Shown: piece after piece, positions 25,863-38,399 of the stretch
How positions within the stretch are numbered: the first letter of the stretch is position 1
Layout: the number at the start of each line of letters is the position of its first letter
NCBI GenBank assembly: GCA_028534125.1
Contig: CM052816.1
Span: 5,520,001-5,584,000, forward strand
Origin: Lama glama
Taxonomy: Eukaryota
Direction of reading: 5' to 3'
Length of the DNA stretch: 64,000 nucleotides
Translations under genes and position numbers: made by a program
The notes under the pieces: generated by a model
What the model saw: the letters and a program-made list of their open reading frames with translations, nothing else
Told to the model about the DNA's origin: nothing
Databases searched by the model: none

Positions 25863-26007
25863 GGGGGGAACGTACAGCTCAGTGGTAGAGCACGTGCTTA
25901 GCATGCACAAGGTCCTGGGTACAATCCCCAGTACCTCTATTAAAAATAAATAAATAAGCCTAATTACCTCTCCCCACCACCCATCCCACAAAAAGAAAAA
26001 AGAGAAA
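25863..26007 (+). mobile_element. tRNA-Ala-derived SINE (Vic-1-like), inserted in a MIR
   Basis: GTACAGCTCAGTGGTAGAGCACGTGCTTAGCATGCACAAGGTCCTGGGTACAATCCCCAGTACCTC followed by the same CCTAATTACCTC tail and an A-rich end. Confidence 0.9.
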
Positions 26008-26107
26008 TGAAGTGAAAATAGGATGTTAAAAAGCAGCATGAGAAGGATGACATATTGGCTATACTGGTGAGTATGGGCTAAGATGCACTGTTGTAATAAA
26101 CATCCAT

Positions 26108-26684
26108 TGTTAGGGGTTGAATTGTGTCCCACTGCCCCAATCCTACTCCCTCAGTAGAAGTCGTAACCTCCCAGTACCTCAGAATGGAACCTGATTTGAA
26201 AGTAGGGTCATTACATACAAAATTAGTTAAGATGAGGTCATTAGGGTAGGCCCTAATTAAATGTGACTGGTGTCCTTACTAAAAGAAGACATTTTTGAGA
26301 TTGATTTAACACTGGTTTTGAGACACACACTTTGTTTGGTTATCCCTCTATAATAAATCAGCAATGTTATTAGCCTCCCCCTCTGCCAAAAGGAAGACAT
26401 TTGGACACAAACATGTACATTCACAGGATGCCAGGTGAAGATGAAGGCAGAGATGGGGGTGATGCTTCTATAAGCCAAGTAACGCCAAAGATCAGTAGTA
26501 AACCACCAGAATCCAGCAGAGACGCCTGGAACAGATTCTTCTTCACAGCCCTAGGAAGGGACCAAGTCATGCCATCATCTTGACTTTGAACCTCCAACCT
26601 CCAGAACTGTGAGACAATAAGTTTCTAGTGTTAAGCCACCTCATTTGTGACACTTTGTCACAGCAGCACTAGTAAACTAATACA
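26108..26684 (+). mobile_element. MLT1B-like MaLR solo LTR, nested in an older MLT1 and carrying an internal insertion
   Basis: TGTTAGGGGTTGAATTGTGTCCC...CCTCCAGAACTGTGAGACAATAA...AAACTAATACA. Perfect 5-bp TSD TCCAT at 26103-26107 and 26685-26689. Confidence 0.88.
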
Positions 26685-27600
26685 TCCATTGAATTCTAAT
26701 GGTTTAAAACAACAGGTTATTTCTTGCCCATGTTACATGCCCATTTTGGGTTGGCAGGGGGCTCCAAATCATAGTCTTTCAGGTACCCAGAGTGATGGAG
26801 TAGCCACCATCTCAACTTGAAGCTTTGGTATTGACCTTAGCGAGGGAAGAGGGCATGGAGAACGGCACACCAGCTCTTAAATACACTGCTTACATTTAAT
26901 TGGCCAGATGAAGTCATATGACCATGCCTAATATGGAGGAGGAAAGGAAGAATAATTGTTCCATGTGCCTGCAGGGAGAAGAGAACCAGGTGATGGGCAT
27001 GAGGTGATGGGTGAGTGTGACACGATGTGTCACATTTATTTAAGAGCACCTGCACGGAAAAAAACGATTGGGTAGAAATAGGCCAAAAAGCACTGGTTGA
27101 GGTAGGAGGGTTTGGATTATATTTTTCTAAATTTTCTAATTGTTTTCCACAAAGGATATAGGTATACGACCTTAATAAGCAGGGAAAAACATTTACTTCC
27201 TAAAATAAAATAAAGGTTATATCACTCATCAAAAGTTAATAAGTGGATGGACCAAAAAAAAAAAAAAAGAAAGAAAGAAAATCCTAAGTTTCTTATTTTT
27301 CTCTTTCTATGAAAGGAAGGGGATGAGGTCACCGTTATGTGTAGTGAAATCACGTAATTTAAAAGGCTTTGCGTATAAGATGGACATGAACACCACCAGG
27401 CTGAGCTTACTATTGCCTAGAAACCTCTTGCTAGAGTAGATAACTTTGAACAGTGACACTTCTATTTACCATGTCTTATCCATAAGACAAACTTCCATAA
27501 GGCAGACTGCCGCAGATGATGGCGGGGAGGGGACGTTTATTCAAGGGAATATAGTCTGTGGGCATGGAGCAAGAGAAGGTAGATGATGGATGAGAGACAG

Positions 27601-28040
27601 CGTCTTAGGGCAGGTTTCCCAGAAGGAGATCCTGAGATGATACTGTGCTTGCATGTGATTTATTAAGGGAATGCTCTAAGGAGAAACTGGTGAGTGAGTG
27701 TGGGTAGCAGAATGGGATGGGGAAGAGGCCAAGCAAAGGAGTGATTTCAGGCTCAACCCAGGCTGTTCCCAGGGGGAGCTCTGGACCGTAAATGACACCT
27801 TGGATTTGGCCCTGACTTGCAGCAAGAGAGATGGGTTTTCATAGTCCTGCCCTCGTTGGTCATTGGTTCCCAGGCACTTCCTCTGAAAGTGAGGGCAGAG
27901 CAGACACGGTGGCCCAATGCAGGCCTCTGCAGAAAGTAGCAGGTGCGAGTCATCAGAAGCAGAGCACGCAGAAGCTGGCTGAAGGATGACGACAGAAATG
28001 GTGAAGGGGATGTGAGGGTTCCAGCTGGAACACTGACAGT
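27601..28040 (-). mobile_element. LTR16-like ERVL LTR
   Basis: GTCTTAGGGCAGGTTTCCCAGAAGGAGATCCTGAGATG...GCATGTGATTTATTAAGGGAATGCTC is the reverse complement of the LTR16 3' end. Confidence 0.65.
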
Positions 28041-30006
28041 GCAGTCTGTGGATGGAGACTCCCTGCAGAGGTCCTGCCACCTCAGATAACTTGGGCTTCA
28101 CAGACTGGGTATGGAGCTTAAGTAAGAGCCTATGGGAAAGAATTTTAACCAAGACAGACAACATGGCTCTTAACCTGCTCCTTGCTGGCGGTGGTGGGAG
28201 GGACCCAGGAGGCTTTGGGCCACAGATACTCCATCAGCTGTTACTGGGGAGGACTGACAGATGGTTTCATATCTATCTACGTGCATGCCTGGGGGAAAAT
28301 GTGCCTTGTATTGACTGTGTAGGAATTTTTGGCATATGTGAGGAATGAAAAATAACAATGTTGTTGGGTGGAGTTGGTACTCTTGTGAAGATGTGACAGA
28401 AGCAGGGAACCACCCCCCTTGCCTTCTCTTACTATCAGCTGCCCTGGAATCCAGCCTGCCGGCCTTCACCCTCCCTCCCTGTCTCCCGCTAAATGCTAAA
28501 AGGCCATAAGTCAAGGTTTCCTGAGGCCTGCATGAGAGGAAGTAAAGGAAAAAGACTTGCAGAGAGTCAGACCCAAGTTCAAATCCTGACTCTGTCACTT
28601 TCTACTAGATGGATGAATTCACCTCCCTGAATCTCAGGTTCCTTACATACAAAATAGGGAATGATAACACTTACACCTATTAGGACTGCATGGAAGTTAG
28701 AGGGGACTGCAGCCTTTTTGAGTCTTAATTTTTTTCATCTATACAATAGTGTCATACAGTGAATGATAAATGACAATGATGATAATGTCGATCACGCCTA
28801 CCTCTCAGGATTGATATCGGTGGGGGAAAGAACTAAATACAGCCGTGTGCTGTAAATAGGTTACCTCCCCTGTCCCATCCTGGGTGCTGCTCCACTCCCA
28901 AGTCTCCTTTAAGGGAAGAAGAATGGGTCTTTCCACTCTTGCCGCTACTGAGCAGGATGATTTCATATAGGCTTGGAGCCCATCTGAACTGCTCCATCAT
29001 GTGTGTTCTAATAAAAACCCTTCTCTTTTCCTTCCAGCCATTGTAAGCTTATGACCACGATTGTCTCTGGGTGAGCAGACACAGAGCCTTCCCTCCAGGG
29101 GGAGAAAGCCCATTAAGCCAGGCCTGTCGGGCTCAGGTGAAAAAACTCTGAGCCAGGGAATGTCAGGGACTTGCTCTTCCTCCTGGTAAATGTCCTGGAC
29201 CAACCTGGACCAGTTTAATTTCTAGGCCAGAAGCACAAATTGAGTCCTGTGCTGTACGTATTTGTCTCCTACCTTTTCCTGCAGGAACCTAGCTGGGAAT
29301 TTACGGGCTCATGCTAAGAGGGAGAGGCGTGGGAGTGCCATCGAGTCCTTTGTGTTTACAGGCTTTGAAAGGAGTGATATCTAACAAGTCTAATTTAATC
29401 TTGGCTTAAGGGAAGGTACAGTGAATTCCAGGCCAGAAAGAATAAACTGGAATGCCATAGAATGTTAGAGATAATTTAACTCAACTCCCTCCCTCAGTAG
29501 AGAAGGAACCTGAGGCTTGGAGGGGACACTGGTGTGTCCACGGCCACATACCACACTGCGGCTGGCTAGGATGAGGCCCGGGTTGCTTGAGTCCTGGGCC
29601 ATTGCTTCAGGCTCTATCATTTATTTCTGTGCCATTGTCAAGATTTTTGTCATATTTACATACCATCCGTACCTTTATTAACATGGGTTTTTTAATAATT
29701 GTATTGACTCTATTTTTTATTCCTAAATAAATGTATTTTGAAAGGAAACTGCCATAAAGGGAAAGCAAGGATCATTTGCCACAAATAAAAGGCAACTATA
29801 AAAATAAATGCTATGAAACAAAACAATACAGTTAAATTTTAGCAAGTTATATGTGAAGAGACCACTCATTCTTTCTTCTAAAAGGGAGAGTTGTAATGTT
29901 AGAGAGAATCCAAAGAGCAATAGCTTTTTTTTTAACCATAGTAGAGGATTTTTAAAAAAAATTTTGTTTTGCGGGTTTTTTGGTTTTTGTTTTTGTTTGT
30001 TTTTGT

Positions 30007-30010
30007 TTTC

Positions 30011-30068
<58 letters not shown>

Positions 30069-30118
30069 TTTCTTTCTTCCTTTCTTTCTTTCTTTCTCTT
30101 TCCTTCTTTCTCTCTTTT
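30007..30118 (+). repeat. (TTTC)n microsatellite with TTCC variants
   Basis: Directly visible TTTC tandem units followed by degenerate TTCC/TTTC units. Confidence 0.95.
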
Positions 30119-30219
30119 TGATTAGGCCAACTGTATCTTCTAACTGGTAGGTGCTTGTACAAAGCAATGAATTTTTACACATTAACTTTGCACCCAGCCA
30201 CCTTACTGAATTCTCTAAT

Positions 30220-30364
30220 CTGTTTTGTTTTGTTTTATCTTTTTCTGGTGGGGGGAGAGGTAATTAGGTTTTATTTATTTATTTTTTAACAGAGGTACTG
30301 GGAATTGAACCCAGGACCTCGTGTATGCTAAGCACACACGCTGTCACTGAATTCTACCCTCCCC
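30220..30364 (-). mobile_element. tRNA-Ala-derived SINE (Vic-1-like)
   Basis: Reverse complement of the same family: GAGGTAATTAGG...GAGGTACTGGGAATTGAACCCAGGACCTCGTGTATGCTAAGCAC...CTACCCTCCCC. Confidence 0.85.
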
Positions 30365-30732
30365 TCAAGTAAAGGGTGTTTCTTAATGTGTTGTGGATCA
30401 CCTAAAATTCTCTTTCATATCATCAGTGACTAAGTGGATCAGGAAAGAAAATGGATGTGAACGTTTCTAAAGAAGTCTACTACTTTACATAGGTTAGAAT
30501 CCTAGTTGTCACTTACCTTGAGCAAGTTACTTAATCTCTTTCTGCCTCAGTTTCCTCATTCATAAAAAGTGGAAATAATAGGTTGTGTGTGTGTGTGCCA
30601 TGGGATTGGTGCAGGTATTAAATTAGCACATATAAAGCCCCTAGAAGAGTACTTGGCAAAGATCAAGCACAAAATAGCATAAGGTATTATTATAATTATT
30701 AGTATCAAAACTTAAGTGGTATTTACCCTCTA

Positions 30733-30955
30733 GCAGGATTGCAAACTTTATTTGCAAAGAATAATATAGTAAATATTTTAGCCTCTGTGACCTGCATGGT
30801 CTCTGCTGCAGCTACTCATCTCTGTCGCAACAGTGAGAAAACAGCTGTATGTAGTACATCAACAAATGGGCATGGCTACGCTCCAGTAAAACTCTATTCA
30901 CAAAAATAGGCAGCAGGCTGGATTTGATCTGCAGGCTACAGCTTCTGCTACAGGC
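30733..30955. mobile_element. MER58A-like hAT MITE
   Basis: ATAGTAAATATTTTAG...GGTCTCTGCTGCAGCTACTCA...AAATGGGCATGGCT...CCAGTAAAACT...GGCAGCAGGCTGGATTTG. Confidence 0.75.
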
Positions 30956-33879
30956 TTATAGGTATGGAAAACAAAAACAAGACAAATGCTTTGTGGACTA
31001 CTTTGAATAAAATACCTACCTGCACGAAGTATTATCTTGTCTCATATCTTAGCCCAAATCTCCAATTTTTGAAGTTAGCCTCATACACCTGAAATGTAGG
31101 TTCTATTCTTACTTCCCACCATTATCTTAACTGTCCTCCAAATGGCCACGGGACTGGACAGCCACTAAACTTGAGGTAGGATCAGAGTTAAAAGCATGGG
31201 CGAGGGAGTCAGGATGACTCGACTTCGCCGCTCACCCTGCAAGGGGTGTCATTTTCTTTTTACACAGGAGGAAATTGCAGCTCAGCGGGATGGAGTAATT
31301 TGCCCAATGTCACACAGCCAGCAAATTGACATCTATTCCACAACCATGAAATTTGGTTCTGATCCAGAAACCCCAGGGCCAGCTGCATGTCATCATGAGG
31401 CTTCCTTTCCCTGTTTCTAATCTCCACAGTAAAGGAGGAGAGAACTTGAGAAGGATTAGTAATAGCACTGCAAATGTTGCGGATGGCTTAGGGCACGGGT
31501 TGTGACCCCTGGAGAAGGGAGAATATAGTCCTCAGACACTGTAAGACAGAATGGAAAGTGCATGGGCCAGACGTGCTCCCTTGCTCTCTGGGGACCCTAC
31601 TTGTGTTCCCGGGCAGGTCTTCTTCCCTGTGTCTCACTTCCCCAAATGTAGTCATGAGAAGCAGCATTTATTGAGCTCATATACAGGGCACTACGCTTTC
31701 CAATATCTTTATCTTATTTTCTCCTTTCAACGACCTTGAGATTCTTATCCCCATTGCACAGATGAGTAAGGTGAGGCTCAAAAAGATCATTTCAACTGCT
31801 CAGTGTCACAGAGCTAGAAATAGCACAGCTGGGATTTGAGTGCTACTCTGTCTCCTTACAAGTTTTTCCAGTGCAAACTACTCCTCAAAGGAGGAATACT
31901 ACATCATTTCTGTGGTGAGTTCACAAATGAGGAGGATGTTCATGAATGCACTCTAATTCCAGAATCAGCACTAACTCAGGTTGTACTCTTACCATGTGCT
32001 CAGCACTGTGCAAAGCTAGTCCTTCCAAACAACCTTATGAGCTTGGGGTTAATGGTGTCCTCTTTCTGTAGATTTGGAAACTGAGGTTCATAGACTTTAT
32101 GTAACTTGCCCAAGGTCAGCTACTACGAAGCAAGCTAGGGTTTGAATTCAGGTCAAATTCACTCCCAAGCCCTTGGTTTTAATAGAGTTTATCATTCAAC
32201 CCCAGACATGTTTGAGAGGGAAAGGCACTATTAATACCTATGCCAGGAGAGCAGGCAGAAATGGATGTGTGGTCTTCCCAGCTCTTGACTCCTGAGTTCT
32301 CCACATCCTTCAGGACTTTCATGAATCATGATGACATGGAGAAGAAACCTACTATAGCTGGCAGCACCACTATTTTTATTATTACAATAAACATTTTTAT
32401 TGATCTTAGGAAGCATTTCAGGGAAGAGGCAAAGTTCTATGGAAACAAGGTATTTGGGATTTGGTGCTTGAGATTTTGGAAAGGGATGAATTTATTTGCC
32501 TCTAGAGTTGCTACCAGAGCAGCTGGTACAGACCCCTGTTGTCCTTCATTCTGACTGCAGGCACCAGGTGAAAAGGAGATTAAAAGTTTAGATTAAAAGA
32601 GTGCTCCAAGGAAATGGAGATAAATGACTTTAGATTTGGTATGATAAGAAGATTAAGAAATTTCTTAGATCCAGAAAAGAGACAAGACCATTATCAGGCT
32701 ATTGCACCTCTAACGCAAGGCTCCTATCACTGGGGGCAGTGCTAATGGCTGTCTCCACTGGACACTTTGGAAGCATGCTGGGAGAATTTTCTGCATCAGA
32801 ATTCCCAAAATTCTACCCTGAGGGCCTTATCCTTTTGGGTAACTCGTCTCCTTATCCTCTAGGAGACGAGTTTTAAAAATAAACAACCTCGGAACCATTT
32901 GACTTTATTATCAGTCATAAACATCTTATTACATATCAGATTTCCTTTTGAATTTGACAGTTGCCTGGGATGTAAATTGTGATAGAGAAATAGAGGGGGA
33001 GCTTCAGGACATGGGTTTTTGCCCAAGGAAGTTACCTTAGTGTGGGGTCCTGGGCAGCCAGGAGGCAGCAAAAAAGGCTTTGGGGTCTAAGTGGTGCCCA
33101 GCAGAGCAAGAGTGCTGGGGGAGGAGATAGCACTAAGAGGATAAAGTCTACGGCTGCAGCCTGACCGTGCAAAGCTCCAGGACAGTGACCCAGCAGAGAA
33201 TGGCAAGCTCATGGAAGTCAAAGTGGTAAAAGGCAAAGAGGCCAGGGACCCAGGACCCTGAGGGGCTGAGGCGGCTCTGCTAATGTGAGACTCCAGCAAG
33301 TTAATCACCCTGTGATGCTTCATCTACCAAGCATGAAGCGTGGCTGAAAATGAAATAATCTCTGAGGTCTTTCAGCTCTAATACTTAACGTGATTCTAGA
33401 CTGTGTCACTAAGTGAATCTTGCTATGCCTAAGTGGGTGGCTTAGAGCTAAGAGGCTCTTGACTGGAGTGCAGGCATGACCCAAACCACAGATCTCTCCT
33501 TTCCACATTATCCCTTCTCCTCACCTTAATTCTCTTGATGACCCAGGGAGCTTTTAACTTCTCCTTGTCCCATTCTTCCTTTTGCTCTGTGGGGAGGGGG
33601 CAGAAAAGAAGGGCCAGCAAGAGGGAAGGTGGCTGGGCAAAGGCTTCTGATGGGCCCTACCTCCCAGGGTCCCACCCTGGGGGGATCAGGAAGTGGCTGA
33701 GAGAAATGAGAAGAGTCAAGATCCTTGACTACCAACTGTGCAGCAAAGATAAAATCTTCTCTGGAGATGGTCCAAGGACTGACCACAGAATCTTAGAGAA
33801 CATGCTGGGTGGTGTCATCTAAGACATTTGGCTGCTCAGTGCTTTGGTTCCCATCTTTAATGAGGAGTCAGGGGTGGAG

Positions 33880-34375
33880 TGCTATTTAATGGACATCTAC
33901 TCTCACAGGAACTGGCTGGGTGCTTTATGTGTTATCTCATTTAATCCTCACAACAACCCTTCAAGGGAATTGTTTTTTTTTTTTACAGAGGGAGAAGCAA
34001 CAGCTTAGAGAACATAAATTATTTGCCCAGGTCTGTGCAGCTGAGAAATAGTAAAACTGGGATGCACACCAGGTCTGTCCCACCCTAAGGCCCAAGGTCC
34101 ACCAGGTTGATTTCACTATCCCTTTAGGTCACTGAACATGCTTTCATGTGTGTGTGTGTGTGGGGGGCAGAATACCTGAGTCCAAATCTCATTTATGAGC
34201 CTGTCACCTGTCATTTAGGTCAAGTTACTAAATTTCTCTGAGCCTTAGGTTCCTCATCTGTATGCTGGAGGATGAGGACAGCTCTTCCCTCATAGACTCG
34301 TTGTAAGGATTAAATGAAGTGTGGAATAGATTTATTGTCCAGAGGCAAATGCTCCATAGTTTTTAGCTATTATTA
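33880..34375. mobile_element. Two MIR fragments in opposite orientation
   Basis: ATCTCATTTAATCCTCACAACAACCC (minus) and TCTCTGAGCCTTAGGTTCCTCATCTGTA...GTAAGGATTAAATGA (plus). Confidence 0.7.
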
Positions 34376-35369
34376 TTATTATTATTAACACTATTCTTAA
34401 ATTGTATGAAAACCACACACAAATAAATCGGTGGCTTCTTTGGATTCCATGCTAGGTGGGGTCTTCTGATAAATCCCTGTTGGCTTCAAGTGACATTTGT
34501 GAAGGCAGCCCCACCCTCAGCAAAGAAAACAAAACAAAACAACACCAAAAACGTCCTAATGCCTAGATGGTTCACAATGAGCTTTCACAGTATTCCGTTA
34601 TTTAATGAGCACAACTAATCCTTGAGGTAGGGAATACAGATAAGATAAGGCCTGAGACACACACCTGGAGGTGGGACCAAAAGTTTTGTTTTGTTTTTTT
34701 AACTCCTAAGCCCAGAGCTTTTATACACCATGTCACAGGGAATGAAAATGGGTTCTCTCAGAGCCTTTGGGTTTATGCATTTATGTACATGTGGACAGAG
34801 AGATGGCTATACTAATGAGGAAGGAGGAAAGAGTGGGCCCTGGAACATCTCATATTCAAGAAGGGGTATATTTAAGCTAGGCTCCTCACCTCTCCCCTCT
34901 GTAATTCTTGAGAATTTGGTTTCTAGATTTAAACTTAGAGTAACTACTGTACCTTACTTAGTTTCGACCCTGGGCTATGTCTACCTCAAGCAGGACAAGT
35001 TCCCTACTTCCCTTCAGCCTTTCCCCAGGAGCTGGTATCCATCAAACCCCACTGGGGACTTGTTCAAATGTTCGGTGTGTTGCCTCCCAAGAACTTCTGG
35101 ATGTGGGTTGCGGCTGATCTCCAGGAGCGGCTCAGCTTGGTGTTGAGCACGAGGCTTTTGGAGGTGATAATAAACATGTTTCCACCTCTCAGCTAGGCCT
35201 GCCTGGCCACCGAGGTGCCAGTGCTATTTCCAACCCAGGGCTCCATGTTAGGCCCTTGGCAGTGGGAGGAAGAACTGCCACCAGCCTTCCCATCCTTTCT
35301 GTGACACCACAGCGGCCTCTCGTGACCATCAACAGAACTACAGGCACTCTTGTCAGTAAATTTCTCATT

Positions 35370-37130
35370 TTCTTCATTTCTTTCTGTTTATACATATTGA
35401 GACCTACCCCATGCCAGCCATGGTTCTAGACACTCTGGATATATCAGTGAACAAAACAAAGTCCTTCCCCTCATAAAGTGTACACTTTCATGTGTATGTT
35501 GGGTGGGGGACAGAAAAGATACTTGTATGTGTGAATATATGTCCAATGTTCAGGAGACTATGGAAAAATAGAGCAGGAAAGGGCATTAGGCAGGGTTAGG
35601 AGGGGAGCACTTTTCACTGAGGTGCAAAGCCACACTGATACGGTAACATTCAAGAGGGTCTTGAGAGACAGGGAGGGACATCCAGGTAGATGAGCGGCAA
35701 GGATTAAAGACTTTGAAGTGAGAGGGCACATTGCTGTTTCAGGAACAAGAAGGTGGCCAGTTTGGCTGGAACAGACTGAATCGGGGAAGAGCAACAGGAG
35801 ATGCTATCTGAGAGGTTAAGAGGGCCAGGTCACATAAGGCACTAGGCCTCCACGTGGGGACTCCAGTCCAGTAGCATCAGCGTCTCCTGGGAACTTGCTA
35901 GAAATGCAAATGACTGGGCCCTGTTCCAGATCTACTGAGTCAGAAACTCTGGCAGTGGGTTCCAGCACTCTGCATTTGAATAAGCCCTCCAGGTGATTCA
36001 GATGCTATTGCAGTGTGAGAACCACTGGTGCAAGGCCTCCTGGGCCATTGCGGGACCTCTGGCTTTTTATTCTGAGATGAGAAGCTATTGGAAGTTTTGG
36101 GGCAGAGGAGTGACATGATTTGACTCCAAAAAATAAACCACACTTGCCACACTTGTGCCCTGGTCCTGTCCCTAGAGATTTCAATTTAATTAGTCTGGGA
36201 TTTTAATTTAGTGGGCTGGGCATTGATTGCTGAAACTCTCCAGGGAATTCTAGTGTGCAGTCAAAAGTGAGGTCCCTCTGGCTTCTGGGTTGAGAATAGG
36301 CTGTAGGGGGTCAAAGGAAGAAGAGAGAAGCTCAGCTGAGAGACCATTTCTGTAATACACGCCAGCTGGGAGGCTACTGCTGTAATGCAGGAGAGGAGTG
36401 GTGGCGCCTTAGGCCATTGTGGCAGCGGTGGAGGTAATGAGAAGTGGTCAGATTCCGGATCTATTTTCAAGGTAGAACTAACAATATTTTCTGATGGATT
36501 CGATGCAGGAGGTAAGAGAAAGTGAAAAGTCGGGATGACTCTCAGGTTTTTACCCGAGCAGTTGGAAGGACGTGGTTTCCCATTGCTAAGGTGGGGAAGA
36601 CTGTGGGAGGGAAGAGCTTTCTCCATGGAGGGGGGTCAGGAGTCTGATATTGAACATGTTGCATTTGAGATGTCTATTTGAGATTTAAATGGAGATGCTG
36701 ACTATGTTTGGGGAGATGCCTAGGTTGGACTTTTAAGTGTGTGAGCCATCAATGATAGATGGTGATTAAATCCCAAAGGCTGGCTAAGCTCACTTAGGGA
36801 GTGTAGATAAAAAGGAGAAGTTTGAAGGAGCCCTGGGGACACTCCAATGTCAGAAATAAGTAGGAAGAGAATCAGGAACCCAAGTGGTAAAGTATTTCAA
36901 GAGAAAGGGAGTGGTCAACTATTACAAATGGCTGACGGGGCAACTAACGTGAGGGAGGACTGAGAATTGATGCTGGATTTAACAGCATTGAGGTCATGGG
37001 GGACCACACTGACTGAGAACAGTGTAATGGAGGGATTGGGAGAGGGGCAGAGGCCTGCTTATGGAATGAGAGGAGAGGAATTGCAGACACAGAGGACAAA
37101 CAACTCTTTTGAGAAATTTTGCTGTAAAAG
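35370..37130 (-). mobile_element. Long L2a-like fragment interrupted by MER5-type insertions
   Basis: L2 motifs: CAGTGAACAAAACAAAGTCC; GAGAAGTGGTCAGATTCCGGATCTATTTTCAAGGTAGA; TTTGAGATGTCTATT; GGATTTAACAGCATTGAGGTCATGG. Confidence 0.8.
35850..36030. mobile_element. MER5A hAT-Charlie MITE nested in L2
   Basis: AGCATCAGCGTCTCCTGGGAACTTGCTAGAAATGCAAAT...CTACTGAGTCAGAAACTCT...AAGCCCTCCAGGTGATTC...TGAGAACCACTG. Confidence 0.8.
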
Positions 37131-37921
37131 GTGGGTGTTGGAGGAAAATAGGGTCAAGAAAGATTTTTTTAAAATATGAGAGAAATAACATGTTTCTATC
37201 GTTTTGGGGAAAGATGTTTCATTGCAAGGAAAATTATAGATATTTTAATAGCAACAAGCAAACATTAAGGACACGTTTATGCTCCTGGCACTGTTTAATG
37301 TTGCACATGAATTATTTTCCTCACATTTTCTCCTCACCACAATCCTATGAGGTTCTATTATTATCCCCAATTTATAGCAAAGGAGCCTGAACTCTGAGAA
37401 ATGAACTAATGTTCCCAAAGACATATAGCCAATAAAAGGGGAGAGCAGAGGTTCCATCCTGGAATTGCCTCCAGAGCTATCAGCCTTCCTGCATGTGGGC
37501 TGCCCTTTTAAATGCTCGCATATGGGTGCTCAGCTAGAAGGGATGACGTGACTCGAAACAGTACCAAAAAGAACCATGTCAACAGACTTGGAGGGAGTTA
37601 CAACTGGGAGGAAAGCTTCCAGTTAGCTTTCCCTTTAAACTAAGACACCCAACATGCTGCTGCTGCTGCACAGAACTGCTTACTGCCTGGAATGGCCTGG
37701 GTGCACAACCTGGCCATGCTCATCCTGTCATCCCTGTCTGCAAGACACAGTCTCACGGGCTCCCTTAAACATGCTGCCAGCCTTGCTGCTCAGATGTACT
37801 CACTACCTCTTCCTCAGAGAGTGCCCCTCTGCACCAGGCTGCATGCCCCCAGCTCAGTGGCTGCTAGTAGACACTGCTGTAACAGTCCATATCCTTGAGA
37901 GAAGCAAAAGGAAATAGTATC

Positions 37922-38399
37922 TGTGCTGGGTTGAAGAGTGTCCCCCCCAAACTTTAGGTCCACTTAGAACCCCAGGATGTGACCTAATAAGGTCTTGAAA
38001 CACCCTTGAAAATAGGGTCTTCGCAGGTGTAACTAGTTAAGATGAAGTCATAAGGGATTAGGGTGGGCCCTACTCCACTGACTGTTGTCCTAAGAGAAAA
38101 CAGAGATGCAGACAGACCCTCAGGGAGAAGGCCATGTGATGACTGAGGCAGGGGTTGCAGTGATGCAGCTCCAAGCCCAGGAACACCAAGGATTGCTGGC
38201 AACACCAGAAGCTAGGAAGAAGCAAGGAAGGATTCCTCTGTAGACCCTTTGGAGAGAGCATGGCCCCAGTGACCTTGATTTTTTTTCCCAATGACCTTGA
38301 TTTCAGACTTTAGCTTCCAGAACTGTGAGGGAATAAACTCCTGTCTGACACCACCTCATTTGTGATCATTCGTTATGGCAGCCTAAGGAAACTAATATA
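37922..38399 (+). mobile_element. MLT1C-like MaLR solo LTR
   Basis: TGTGCTGGGTTGAAGAGTGTCCCCCC...GGATTGCTGGCAACACCAGAAGCTAGG...CCAGAACTGTGAG...GGAAACTAATATA; TSD GTATC/GTACC. Confidence 0.85.

Noticed and set aside
25863..25937. tRNA-Ala gene (also at 62337, 30220 and 39377)
   Set aside because: Each carries the shared SINE tail and substitutions in tRNA stems or boxes, and two have clear TSDs. These are SINEs.
29853..30182. FFLS-repeat and KKER-repeat ORFs
   Set aside because: These are translations of the (TTTC)n microsatellite.
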